The position numbers and the translations under genes were made by a program. The notes beneath the pieces are model-generated. The model did not search any database and was not told where the DNA came from. It worked only from the letters and a program-made list of their open reading frames with translations. Positions 52,381 through 64,000 of a DNA stretch of 64,000 nt are shown here, one piece after another; position 1 is the stretch's first letter, and each line of letters starts with the position of its first letter. Source of the DNA: Octopus bimaculoides (Eukaryota); contig NC_068984.1 of assembly GCF_001194135.2 (NCBI RefSeq), positions 106,839,427 through 106,903,426 on the forward strand, in the 5' to 3' direction.

Positions 52381-52638
52381 CAAATTTTGACTCAAGGCCA
52401 GCAATTGCGGGAATGGAGCTAAGTCGATTACGTTGACTCCAGTGCTCAACTGGTAATTATTTCATCGACTCCGAAATGATGAAAAGTAAAGTGGACTCCT
52501 TCGGCATTTGAATTCTGAACCTGAAGTCGGACGAACTGCCACTAATCATTTTGTCCGACGAGGTAACGATTATTCCCGGAAGAAATGCTGCTAATCATTT
52601 TGTCCGGCTCGGCAACGATTCTGCCAGCTAACCGTCTT
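52381..52638 (-). mobile_element. SINE family A with an internal duplication in the head
   Basis: Ends AACGATTCTGCCAGCTAACCGTCTT; CTAATCATTTTGTCCG occurs twice; AGTGCTCAACTGGTA core. Confidence 0.85.
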
Positions 52639-53442
52639 AAAACTGTGATTAATATTGAGTTCCACTATTCGAAGGCATACTTTATTTGCTTCTATTATAC
52701 AATTTCCAGCTTCGATACTTTATAACCATTATTGCCCATTTATACATTGTATAAGTGTTTCTTTGCCTGTGTTATAAATCAGTGTTTGTTAATATTTGAT
52801 CACGTATAGTAGATATGAATTTAGAAAAGAAACGGTGAGACGCTGTAAGATCCATGACTTTCTTAATAGTATAGAAAGTGAAATAGATTAATTCAGCTAA
52901 TGAGAATGCTTTGGTTCTAATTCATTTAACTCATTAGTATTTCCCAACGTAACTTTCTTATCGATGTTCGAATCATCACAAATGATATATCATTAAACTG
53001 CACTTAACTTGCAACAACAAGAATGACTAAATATTATTATAACGGTTATTCTTTGCTTTATTTTCCATAACACTGTCAAGTGAGCTGATGATAATTCAAT
53101 TGTTGAAGAACGCAGTCTGTTAATTATTTTCTATTAAAGTGCTATTTTAATACCAATATTTCTGCTTTAATCAGTAGTTAGAGTGAAATACATCGTTTCA
53201 AGTTCGTCTTAATAAAAGCAAATCTTGGAAAGTATTTACTTTTCAAATTGATGAGATTTTTCCGCTTAATATATTAATGATGACGAGGAAGGTAGTAGTG
53301 GTAGTAGAGGATGTGGTGATAATAATAATCATAAATAGAAGTAATGAAATCAGAACTAAAAAGATGTTCAAAATGCACTCCTCTCTAATAAGAGTAATAT
53401 CGACAAGCTATATTTACCAAGAATGAAAAGAGACAGTAATTT

Positions 53443-53669
53443 ATCTTTTATTTGTTTCAATCATTAGACTGCGGTCATGTTGGGACACTGCCTTAAAGAA
53501 TTTTTTGTCGAATGACTCGACATTTTTAAAGTACTACGTTTTTTGAAGCCTGTTACTCTGTCGATATGTTTTGCCAAACCGCTATGTTACAGGGAGGTAA
53601 ACATATCAACACCGGTTCTCAGACCGTGGTGGTGGTGGTGGTGATGGTGGTGGTGGTGGTGGTGGACAA

Positions 53670-53703
<34 letters not shown>

Positions 53704-53730
53704 CACACACCGCACACACACACACATATA
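53443..53730 (-). mobile_element. SINE family B, 3' half with (GGT)n expansion and (CA)n
   Basis: TTTGTTTCAATCATTAGACTGCGGTCATGTTGG..TTGCCAAACCGCTATGTTACAGGG..GGACAAACACA. Confidence 0.75.
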
Positions 53731-53809
53731 TATATATATATAATCCCTCCCCAAGAAAAACTTGTGCTAAAATTTCTCTAAGAGATGAACGCCGTAGTTG
53801 TACTAGCAA

Positions 53810-54043
53810 GTAACGTTCGCAGCCACTTCAACATGGCTGTTCCGTTCGAACGGACTTTACTGTGATTTTTTAACCCCAAGAGAACATCTCCCTCATCTGG
53901 TTAACGGTGCACAGCTGCATCCGATATACTGCGAGCAGGGGAGCGAACCTTTACTCGCAGTATACGGTGTTAGGGGTTCGTGAACCTCTACTCGCTGTAT
54001 AGGTGATAGGGGTTCGCCATGTTGAAGTAGCTTCGAACATTAC
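53810..54043. mobile_element. 234-bp MITE-like element with 28-bp TIRs and internal hairpins
   Basis: GTAACGTTCGCAGCCACTTCAACATGGC (53810-53837) versus GCCATGTTGAAGTAGCTTCGAACATTAC (54016-54043), 25 of 28 matches; no clear TSD. Confidence 0.8.
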
Positions 54044-54290
54044 TATATATGTATTGTTCGAAAATATAAAGATACAGAAAGTGTATCGCACAGCCAGCTC
54101 AAGACGGTGTTTGCCGGAGCTAAATAACAGCAACATTCATCCTAAACCAGGACTGCCATGTTATGTTGGCAAATAATCTTTACTTTAGAGTACTGCTGCT
54201 GAATATCTCTCTCTGAGAGATTTACAAATAGAAATTTTCTATTTCATTAGATCAGTGACTGTGTGTCACTTTCAAAACTATATATTTCGA

Positions 54291-55592
54291 GGGAGAATTT
54301 AGCTCGAGCTTGGTGAATCCCTAAAGGACTTCCTCGACGGTGGGCCGAAACTCTCGACACGCGAGGCGGAATGCTGTGAAGGACCGATTACACCTGCGGA
54401 AGTAAAAGAGGTGTTGGCCGAGTGCGCCGGGGACAAGCCGCCAGTGCTGGATTGTCTAAGCTATGAGTTTTATCGTAGCATTCTGGACTTGATCGGAGAC
54501 TTGCTGGCCGGCATGTACACAGACAAGCAACAGAATGGCAGGATTCTCAGCTCTGTGAGTCGGGGAGTGGTGACGCTGATCCAGAAGGACCCGATCAAGA
54601 GGGACAGTATAAGTAATTAAAGGCCCATAACTCTACTCAATGTAGAGTTAAAGATTTTGGCCAAGGTGTTAGCAGAAAGGTTGATGCGTGTCGTGGAGAA
54701 ACTTATACGCTACACTTTAGACAGGGTGGGTAAATTAACCGGCAAAGGTGGGGAACTGGTCCATTCAGACCAAAATAAAGCGATTGATAGGGTAGACCAC
54801 CAGTACCTCGCAGTGGTTCTTGAAGCGGCTGGGCTGGGCCCGGACTTCTGTAGGTGGATCTCCGCAATGTATAGTGGCACCCAATCCACCGTCCAGATAA
54901 ACGGCTACCTGTCGGAGCCGTTTTCGATAAAGTGCTCAGTTCCTCAAGGGTGTCCTCTGTCCGCGCTTTTGTACGTTTTGGCTCTTGTGCCTTTATTGAG
55001 GAAGTTGGAGAATTTGGGACGCACCCCCAATGAAATCGGATGCGGTAAGTCAGTTTTTGCTTAAGCGGATGACGTCTCCATCATCGTGTCCAATGAGGCT
55101 CAGCTATCTTGTGTAGAGGACGCTATCAAAGGATACGAGGTGGTGGCAGGAGCAATAGTTAACAAGGACATCCATCTGCTTGCGTCTCGGCATCTGGAGG
55201 AGCAAGCCAATATCGTCCAGTGTCGTGGGACACTGGACAGATGGTCCTGTTAAGTTGCTTGAAGTTTGGTTTGGACCCGACACCCAAACAGAGAAGAATT
55301 GGAGCGAGGTGGCAGACAGGGTGGAAGCTCTAGTTCGGACTTGGTCCGGATCGGCTCTATCTCTGAAAGGATGGGCGGAGGTGGTACAGGTGTTTATTGC
55401 ATCTGTAACCACCTACCGCCAAACCGTTGTCCCTTGCCCCAACACGTGGCTATACAAGTTGGAGCGCCTCCTTTTCCGCTTTTTGTGGAAGGGAGGAAAG
55501 CCACTTGTAAGGCTCTCCGTCTGCTGTCAGGAACCGCTAAAGGTGGATTAGGGATGCCCTGGCTTATGATGCGCAAACATGCGTTGAGGCTA
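54291..55592 (+). mobile_element. Tx1/L1-clade LINE ORF2 fragment (RT and downstream domain), disrupted
   Basis: PITPAEV, YEFY, RPITLLNVELKILAKVLAERL, DQNKAIDRVDH, VPQGCPLSALLYVLAL, A*ADDVSI, RLLFRFLWKG, GGLGMP. Confidence 0.92.
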
Positions 55593-56400
55593 CAAATGAA
55601 TGTATATAAAATACTTATTATATTAAGATAGAAAAATATTATTAAAAATATCAAAATTATAGACGTTCCATAATTAACTTTACGTTTATTATAATATAAA
55701 CTAACAGAAATATTATATGCAAACACTAATTTTAACGAATCTTTCGTTTAAACTACAATTTAAATGAAGTTTTAGGTTAAACTAAAATTATAAACGTAAA
55801 ATATAAACTAACAAAAATTAATTTATATAAATTAATATATAAAAGCAATTATATCACCATTAAATAAATAAAAGACATTTAACAAGATTATCGAAAAGAA
55901 ATACAAAATTTATCTAATCGAAACTTCAGTTTAAATAAAATTATAAATGTTGTACTATTGACTAAATATCAATTAGAAAATAAACTAATAATCAAAGAAA
56001 TTTTTTAAAAAATTACTTATTTATCCTATAAAACAAAAAGAAATATTAAACAGTATTAATGGAAAAAATTCAACCCTAATCTAATCGAAGTCTTGGTTTA
56101 GGCTAAGATGATAAACTTATTACTATTAAATCAGTGTTAAAAAGGTATCGACTAAAATTATCATTAAAAATCAATTGAATTAATATAAAAATACATATTT
56201 TTTCAAACAATGATATAAAGTCATTTAACAAAGGTAAGACGATACTTATCGCTTCGATGCTGTAGTTTGTATATAGAATCTTCATATAAAAAAGCACAAA
56301 TCTTGTAAATACATCTACCAAGGCTTTCCTGGTCAAAATTAAAATTTGGTCCACCATATATCAAGCTAAAAACAAGATCGTTTGTCAGTTATTTGTTCAG
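55593..56400 (-). mobile_element. probable PLE RT remnant, extremely AT-rich
   Basis: Minus frame VLFYMKILYTNYSIEAISIVL...LIFNDNF resembles VxFDVxSLYTN..GIEAI..L...FNxxxY; TGATATTTAGTCAAT (*YLVN) lies at about the expected RYLDD position. Confidence 0.5.
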
Positions 56401-56615
56401 AAGATAACGTTTAAAAACTGACATACGGTCTTGTTTTCAACGTGATAAATGGCGGAGTAAATTGTTATTTCGACCAGAAGATCCTAGGTAGCTGTATTTA
56501 CATGATCTGTGTTTTCTATTTTTTTTATTCAAGATTATTTTCACTCTCTTAGCTGATCGAGTGCTTTTCTACATGCTGAAGCATACACATACACATACAC
56601 ATGCATACACGAACG

Positions 56616-56670
<55 letters not shown>

Positions 56671-57023
56671 NNNNNNNNNNNNNNNNNNNNNNNNNNNNNN
56701 NNNNNNNNNNNNNNNNNNNNNNNNNNNNNNNNNNNNNNNNNNNNNNNNNNNNNNNNNNNNNNNNNNNNNNNNNNNNNNNNNNNNNNNNNNNNNNNNNNNN
56801 NNNNNNNNNNNNNNNNNNNNNNNNNNNNNNNNNNNNNNNNNNNNNNNNNNNNNNNNNNNNNNNNNNNNNNNNNNNNNNNNNNNNNNNNNNNNNNNNNNNN
56901 NNNNNNNNNNNNNNNNNNNNNNNNNNNNNNNNNNNNNNNNNNNNNNNNNNNNNNNNNNNNNNNNNNNNNNNNNNNNNNNNNNNNNNNNNNNNNNNNNNNN
57001 NNNNNNNNNNNNNNNNNNNNNNN

Positions 57024-57130
57024 TGGTCGGGCCTAGGCTATAGTAGAAAACACTTGGCCAAGGTGCCATGCAGTTGGACTGAATCTGGAGCAGTGTGGTT
57101 GGGCAGCAGGCTTCTTTCCACATAGCCGCG
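57024..57130 (-). mobile_element. SINE family B head (runs into a gap)
   Basis: Reverse complement GCGGCTATGTGGAAAGAAGCCTGCTGCCCAACCACACTGCTCCAGATTCAGTCCAACTGCATGGCACCTTGGCCAAGTGTTTTCTACTATAGCC. Confidence 0.8.
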
Positions 57131-58109
57131 TCCCTTTTTTTTTTTTTTTTAATCACCATCAATGGTGTGACTTGGGATGTGAAGAACTATGTTGCAAATA
57201 TTGATGAAACACTATTATCTGCTAACAGAAATATTCAAGAAACCATTGTAACATGATCAATTCATGCACCAAAGCAATAATGTTAAATGAAAGAATGCTG
57301 GTTGTGACGGAAAAATAGAAACACGAAACGTGTATTTGGTTTTTATGTAGCATGCTGCATTTCAGCCGAAAATTGTTGAAGTGCATCGAGTTAGGCACCG
57401 TCGTCAACTGCTTCCAGTCTGTTGTTCTTTGAAAAATTTCGAAACAGCAGTAAATTTACCGCTGTTCTAGTTCTATTTTTCTGAATATAATTGCATCATA
57501 TATAAAAGACTTAAATAATAAGTTTATTCTTTATGTTGAAAGTTTTCACGATAATGCAGTGTCAGTCTTTTAACATTACTATTATAGTTTGGAGAACATC
57601 TATGCTCATATATTAGTGAAGGCGCGTGACCAATTAGCTATGGTTCTGCATTCAAGATTTGTAACAAGCAGAATTGTAAATACTATATTTTGTAATTCAT
57701 ATTTTACATGTTATTCAAGATTTTGTATAATTCTTAACGAATTACTGATAAAATTTAAAACATCTGCACTTTATTTTTACCTTTGAAGCTATTTGTTGTT
57801 TCACATAATCTGTCGAATAATAACAGCGTTCTCCATGTTACACACGCACATGTTACACACGCACATGTTATACACTATCACATAAACAGACATATTAATG
57901 AAAAATACGATGGCACTATGTATCATAAGGCATGATCTCCAAGTCTATTTTCAAGTATGTACAAATCACAGAGATAATCATATATATGTATACGTATGTA
58001 TAGTTAATTAGAAAACAGCGAGCTAAGGAAAAATATCTCAAGTGGGTTAATAGCATCAATTTAAGTAATTTCAAGTAGGTGGAATTTTACTGAATGATGT
58101 CAGTAAGAC

Positions 58110-58133
58110 AATAATAATAATAATAACAACAAC

Positions 58134-58190
<57 letters not shown>

Positions 58191-58260
58191 AATAATAATA
58201 ATAATGATGATGATGATGATGATGATGATGATAACAATAACAATAATAATTAATAATAAC
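58110..58260. repeat. (AAT)n/(AAC)n/(GAT)n compound trinucleotide microsatellite
   Basis: Directly visible. Confidence 0.95.
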
Positions 58261-58566
58261 AAAAGCAACAGCAACATGATAAATCAGAAATAATTAGGAA
58301 TTCTTAATGGAATGAAATTTTTCACGAAGCTGGAAAAGGAAAACATAAAAGTAGCGACAATCGCTAATGACTCTTAAATCAAAAGAATGGGGTGTTTTTT
58401 CAAAAATAAATATCAGTTTTAGAGAAAATGAATGTTTATGTTTACAGAAATATCTTGATTTTGTATTAGATGCGAAAATAACAGTAACAGATACATTCGA
58501 TTATCATTAAATGTCATCAATTAGATATAGTTTAAATAAAATGGCTTTGATGCGTAGAGAGTCTCT

Positions 58567-58646
58567 TACTCTTTTACTCTTTTACTTGTTTCAGTCATTT
58601 GATTGTAGCCATACTGGAGCACCGCCTTTAGTAGAGCAAATCGACC
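58567..58646 (-). mobile_element. SINE family B 3' terminal fragment
   Basis: TACTCTTTTACTCTTTTACTTGTTTCAGTCATTTGATTGTAGCCATACTGGAGCACCGCCTTTAGTAGAGCAAATCGACC. Confidence 0.85.
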
Positions 58647-59264
58647 TTGTAAACGATTCGAAAACTTCGATGATGTTCTCTATTCTAAATAGGGATTGAG
58701 TAACTTGCACATAGCTGCTAAACTTACTCAAACCTAGACGTATAAATTATTCAAGACTATGTTCTTCGCTACTTGAATATAAAAATGTATATTAATACTT
58801 TTATTGTGTAGCGCTGTTTATGATAGTGAGATATACGGATTGACAAGATTAGCGGCATCTGTATATTTTCGTAAATATAATATGTGCGAATACCTGATGT
58901 TTAATTACTGTAGAATAAGTAGAATGAATATACTAGAGTTAGTTATAATAAATATATAATTTGTGTATAGATAAATTAGATCGAGAATCATTGGCTAGAG
59001 ATGTAAAAAAATCTCCCCCACCCATTATATAATTTTCTGAAAGGGATATTGAGAAAAATAAAAGCAAAGGATGAATTGGACCTCTGAGAAGCTATAACTA
59101 TAGTGGCAATAACGTTAAATGGATAAAGAAAAACAGAGAACGATAAATTAATAGAGGAGCTGAAAATAAATGATTGGCCACATGTGACTCGTACAGGAAT
59201 AATTACGCATTTTTACAAGTTACGCTTATATACTTATAAGTTTTAACAGTAATACCCAATTCAT

Positions 59265-59427
59265 AAGCGGAGAACTGGTAGAATCGTTAGCACGCGGCGC
59301 AAACTGTTTAGCGGCATTTTGTGTGTCATGTTTTGAGTTCAAATTCCGCCGAGGTTGTTTTTGCTTTTCATCCCTTTCGGGATCCATAGAAATAGACTGC
59401 TAGATCGATGTAATCGACTTACTCCAA
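59265..59427 (+). mobile_element. SINE family A, degenerate
   Basis: AAGCGGAGAACTGGTAGAATCGTTAGCACG..GAGTTCAAATTCCGCCGAGG..GATGTAATCGACTTAC. Confidence 0.8.
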
Positions 59428-59759
59428 AATTAGTATTCACTTCAGAAATATATAAATTAGCTTTAACTTAAATGCCGAAAAATAAGAGTAAAATTTCTAA
59501 ACAATTAACTTTAAGCTATGACGTAAAGTTACCAAAATTAATAGCAAAGAGAAGAAAAAAAATCAATAAAGCTACTGAGACACAAATAGATTAACTATGA
59601 ATACAAAGCCAGCAATAATAACAACATTGTCCCGCTTATAGATAATAAATAAAGCGATTAAGGTCGATAAAGATGCGTTAAATCGGTATAAACTAGCAAT
59701 GCACTCCGGCGTTTTCCGGGTGTTATAACCTACAGCCACATTGCATTATATATATATAT

Positions 59760-60180
59760 ACTGAATTTTCGAATGCAAGTGGAACGTACGCGCTACATAC
59801 AATGTACTCTGGCGTTGCCCGCGTCGTTGATAACAATAATACCACGACCATTTGGTATTGCAGTACATGTCTTTGATAAGGAAAAATTGATTTGAAATTT
59901 TACAAATCAGTGAACACAGTGTGCATCCCAATCAATGAATGGACACGCACCGTGGATGAACTCGTGTGTATGTGACCTTAATTTGCTCTCGCATAGATGT
60001 GCGGTGTTGTTTTTGTCTTCACTGATGTTATCAAGTCAGAAATTTGTTTTCCATCGTATCACCCGCGTTACAATACATGCTCAAACAATGTGAAAAATAG
60101 GAAGATTGTAGCAAAATCCTTACGAGTTTTACAGCTTATGGAATGAATAACAGGCATGAATATATACTAATAACGATAAG
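59760..60180 (-). mobile_element. possible non-autonomous Helitron/HINE-like remnant
   Basis: GGCGTTGCCCGCG near one end and a degenerate AAAATCC..CGAGTTTT..AGCTTAT block near the other recall the DINE-1/Lep1-type layout; weak. Confidence 0.25.
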
Positions 60181-60877
60181 CAACTTTGGATATATTTGGT
60201 TGAATAAAAAGAAAAAAGGTTAAAGACAAAAATCTCGAAAGGTTGTAGTCATTGTTTCACGTCTTTACTACTCTTGAATGAATAGGCACTTACCGGGGAA
60301 ATTTTATTGAAATTAAACCTGAGAGCACTCCTTTGGCATTCCTGAGTCTTTTGCTACCAAGAAAATCTACATGGACAAATTGTTTTCGGTAGTCATGCCG
60401 GAGCGATCACAATTATGCCAGAATAAGGTTTTGTAAGAAGAAATGGTACACAATACTTCAAATAGATTATTTAATCATGGAATACTGAAGACGTTCATAT
60501 TGGCAGTTTAGTTGTGGCACAAAGACCATTATTGATGGAAAATGTGCCAATAATTGTTCAAAAGATGCAATTTTTGATCATTTTCCGTTGACAAATAGGG
60601 TTTTGTGCATCACAAATGCACTCCTAACACTCCTTGTGTATTGCTGCATTTTGTGACCGAATACGTACAACGTATATTAGAAGCAAATCTAAATATTACC
60701 CGAAAATGAACTAGAAACTGTGCAACCCGACCTCGTTTTCGAGGTTATTTTCGTAGTAAAAAAGAGTTGTTTTAAAAAGTCATACTTTATTTGGTAGCTG
60801 AAATATTACTGAATCTTTTGATACCTCACACGTCAAAATCGGCAACACTGCTTTCGAACCCATACGGAATCTACGCA

Positions 60878-60911
<34 letters not shown>

Positions 60912-60982
60912 NNNNNNNNNNNNNNNNNNNNNNNNNNNNNNNNNNNNNNNNNNNNNNNNNNNNNNNNNNNNNNNNNNNNNNN

Positions 60983-61014
<32 letters not shown>

Positions 61015-61589
61015 TGCACCAGTATGACCGCAGCCACTTGGCTGAAACACATAAATAAATATATATATATATATATAAGTATATACATGTCTTCATATAT
61101 GTATAATGAATATGTGTATCCATATAATGGATATATCTATTAGCGACGTTTTTATGTGAAATTATATATAAACATTTTACATTAAACTGAAGTATCACTC
61201 AATAACTATTAGTAGATTTATTACTTATTATTTTTTACAAAGAGTAAGTTGACATAGACTTCGAAGTTTTAGTTAACAAGTCGTCATTACACTAGTGAAT
61301 TTAGGTAAACCTAAGTTTTTAAGTCATTGTCCACCCGTTCCTTGTATAAAGAATTGTCTATATGTGTATATGCGTGTGAGAAGTTCTGGAACATATCTAG
61401 GCTGCTTAGAATAAAGAAGTCGACGTACTGGGTCTAAATATATTTTATTAAGTACAGTGAGTCCAATAAAGTACATTTTATTTCAGTCGATGACAATAAT
61501 TTTATATAGACAGGTAGAAAAATAGTCATGCTGATAACATTACAGATGTAAGCGTGATGTTGGCTACAACAGTGTTGGTAGGAATTGTG

Positions 61590-61955
61590 CGTGACATACG
61601 TAAGTGATTTTGTGATGATGACCGTGTTGGTTATGATAATATAGAAAATGACTTTGTGGTTACGACGATAATGGTAATGGTGGTACTTAGGTTGATTATG
61701 TGTTGTGAGATGACGATGTCGATGAGGATGATAATGATTAGGGCCAAAGTGATGGTAGTGATGATAGTGGTAAACATGAAAGATTGTTGATGATGATGAA
61801 GATTATGATGATGGTAGTGGTGGTGTACGATATGATAGTATTGATGTGTTGGTGTACATGAGCGATAAGGTGACGGTGGTGAAGATATGATGCGTTTATA
61901 GCCATAAATCTTTAGGGATAAGGCAACATATGTGGTGTAGATGATGATGATGATG
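61590..61955. repeat. degenerate (GAT/GGT)n low-complexity tract
   Basis: Directly visible old trinucleotide field. Confidence 0.8.
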
Positions 61956-62161
61956 AAGGGATCGTTGAAGGTGATTATAAATACAACAATGTTACCCGTG
62001 GCACTTTGGCTTTCTCAAGTAACGATGTTGTAGAAGTCAATAAATGCCATAGATCAGAAACATGCACAAGTACAGAAATCACCCCGCCATCCGATTCACT
62101 TACACATGCAAACACGCGTGCACACACGCACATACACACACACACAAACGCGCGCGCACGC

Positions 62162-62206
<45 letters not shown>

Positions 62207-63298
62207 GGCACGCACCACACACATATACACTGAAAGTTGCTCAGAGACGTATTTCATACAAGCATACAATAAATTCATACACGCAGAGATACACATAGGC
62301 GCAGACACATGAATAGAACCTTTGCATTCACAGAGACACAGAGAGAAGGTTATGCAAATACATATATTTAGTCCCGCATTCAATATATATAAACCAAAAT
62401 GTACTACGTGCGTAAAAACATCNNNNNNNNNNNNNNNNNNNNNNNNNNNNNNNNNNNNNNNNNNNNNNNNNNNNNNNNNNNNNNNNNNNNNNNNNNNNNN
62501 NNNNNNNNNNNNNNNNNNNNNNNNNNNNNNNNNNNNNNNNNNNNNNNNNNNNNNNNNNNNNNNNNNNNNNNNNNNNNNNNNNNNNNNNNNNNNNNNNNNN
62601 NNNNNNNNNNNNNNNNNNNNNNNNNNNNNNNNNNNNNNNNNNNNNNNNNNNNNNNNNNNNNNNNNNNNNNNNNNNNNNNNNNNNNNNNNNNNNNNNNNNN
62701 NNNNNNNNNNNNNNNNNNNNNNNNNNNNNNNNNNNNNNNNNNNNNNNNNNNNNNNNNNNNNNNNNNNNNNNNNNNNNNNNNNNNNNNNNNNNNNNNNNNN
62801 NNNNNNNNNNNNNNNNNNNNNNNNNNNNNNNNNNNNNNNNNNNNNNNNNNNNNNNNNNNNNNNNNNNNNNNNNNNNNNNNNNNNNNNNNNNNNNNNNNNN
62901 NNNNNNNNNNNNNNNNNNNNNNNNNNNNNNNNNNNNNNNNNNNNNNNNNNNNNNNNNNNNNNNNNNNNNNNNNNNNNNNNNNNNNNNNNNNNNNNNNNNN
63001 NNNNNNNNNNNNNNNNNNNNNNNNNNNNNNNNNNNNNNNNNNNNNNNNNNNNNNNNNNNNNNNNNNNNNNNNNNNNNNNNNNNNNNNNNNNNNNNNNNNN
63101 NNNNNNNNNNNNNNNNNNNNNNNNNNNNNNNNNNNNNNNNNNNNNNNNNNNNNNNNNNNNNNNNNNNNNNNNNNNNNNNNNNNNNNNNNNNNNNNNNNNN
63201 NNNNNNNNNNNNNNNNNNNNNNNNNNNNNNNNNNNNNNNNNNNNNNNNNNNNNNNNNNNNNNNNNNNNNNNNNNNNNNNNNNNNNNNNNNNNNNNNNN

Positions 63299-63329
<31 letters not shown>

Positions 63330-63799
63330 TCCACTCTTATTCTGATTTGTGTGTTTGGATATTAAAATGCAATAAAAACCTTAGCATTATATATATATAT
63401 GTGTGTGTGTATTGATATATATATATATATATATAAACACAGAAACATCAACGCGCACACACAAACGCACACACATACACACTGTTGTGAAGTGGTGGAG
63501 AATGAAAATATTGAAGCTTGTGAAATCTTTCTGGCAAGGGTCAAAAGACTTCGGTTGCATTTTGGAATGTGTGATGGCTTGAAGTTACACGATAGAGGAA
63601 ATGATCTTTTCCTGTTCGTGAGCCTACAGTTATTGCGTTGCTGAATAATCGCCAGCTGGTATTTTAGGGTGGGTGAGTGTTTTTTACCAGGTGAGGTGTG
63701 AGCGTCTTACCTTTTTTGGTTCGAATCAAAAGACATATCTGTTTTATCCAGATAATTTAGAAATGTCTGTTTACTGACGTACATATACAAATATATATA

Positions 63800-64000
63800 T
63801 CTATATATATAAAAATGAGAATGTGTGTCTGTCTGTCTGTCTGTCTGTGTGAATCCCTAAAACTGGAGAACTACGCAACCAATTTCATTCAAATTTTACA
63901 CATGCCTTACTTAGGGTTCCAGTTGTGTTTTAGTCAAAACGAATTATTAACTTCTTGCAGAGTTCGAGCACACGGCAACATAATATCTCCTCCACTATTT
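63800..64000 (+). mobile_element. Helitron/HINE-type non-autonomous element 5' end (continues beyond the window)
   Basis: A|TC start TCTATATATATAAAAATGAGAATG, (GTCT)n tetranucleotide run, then ACTACGCAACCAATTTCATTCAAATTTTACACA: the layout of Lep1/DINE-like rolling-circle elements. Confidence 0.65.

Noticed and set aside
55593-56400. NUMT (mitochondrial insertion) explanation for the AT-rich block
   Set aside because: I recognised no mitochondrial rRNA, tRNA or protein motif, while PLE RT-like motifs are present; not fully excluded without BLAST.

Overview
AT-rich eukaryotic DNA with many microsatellites and several N-gaps, consistent with intergenic or intronic sequence. I found no host protein-coding gene I can support; there are only two weak exon candidates. 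The SINE families and microsatellite load resemble coleoid cephalopod (Octopus-like) DNA, which is an inference from recognising the repeats, not a database result. The window is a mosaic of decayed mobile elements: about 20 copies or fragments of three tRNA-headed SINE families; at least four Penelope-like element (PLE) remnants; an R4/Dong-type LINE with a C-terminal restriction-like endonuclease; a Tx1-type LINE RT; RTE-type fragments; a Buster-type hAT and a Sola1-type DNA transposon; several MITE/foldback elements; and a Helitron-like 5' end. The most notable unannotated signals are (i) four dispersed minimal hammerhead-ribozyme motifs (10215 +, 32929 -, 44333 -, 49440 -), typical of PLE pseudo-LTRs or retrozyme-like elements, (ii) a probable PLE RT remnant at about 17% GC that keeps its CpGs, abutting a GC-normal LINE and suggesting hypermutation, and (iii) hairpin-built repeats (a 33-bp palindromic tandem array, a foldback enclosing a LINE-like fragment, and a multi-hairpin MITE). 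Most long ORFs in the supplied track are artefacts of N-gaps and microsatellites. All alignments and counts were done by eye.
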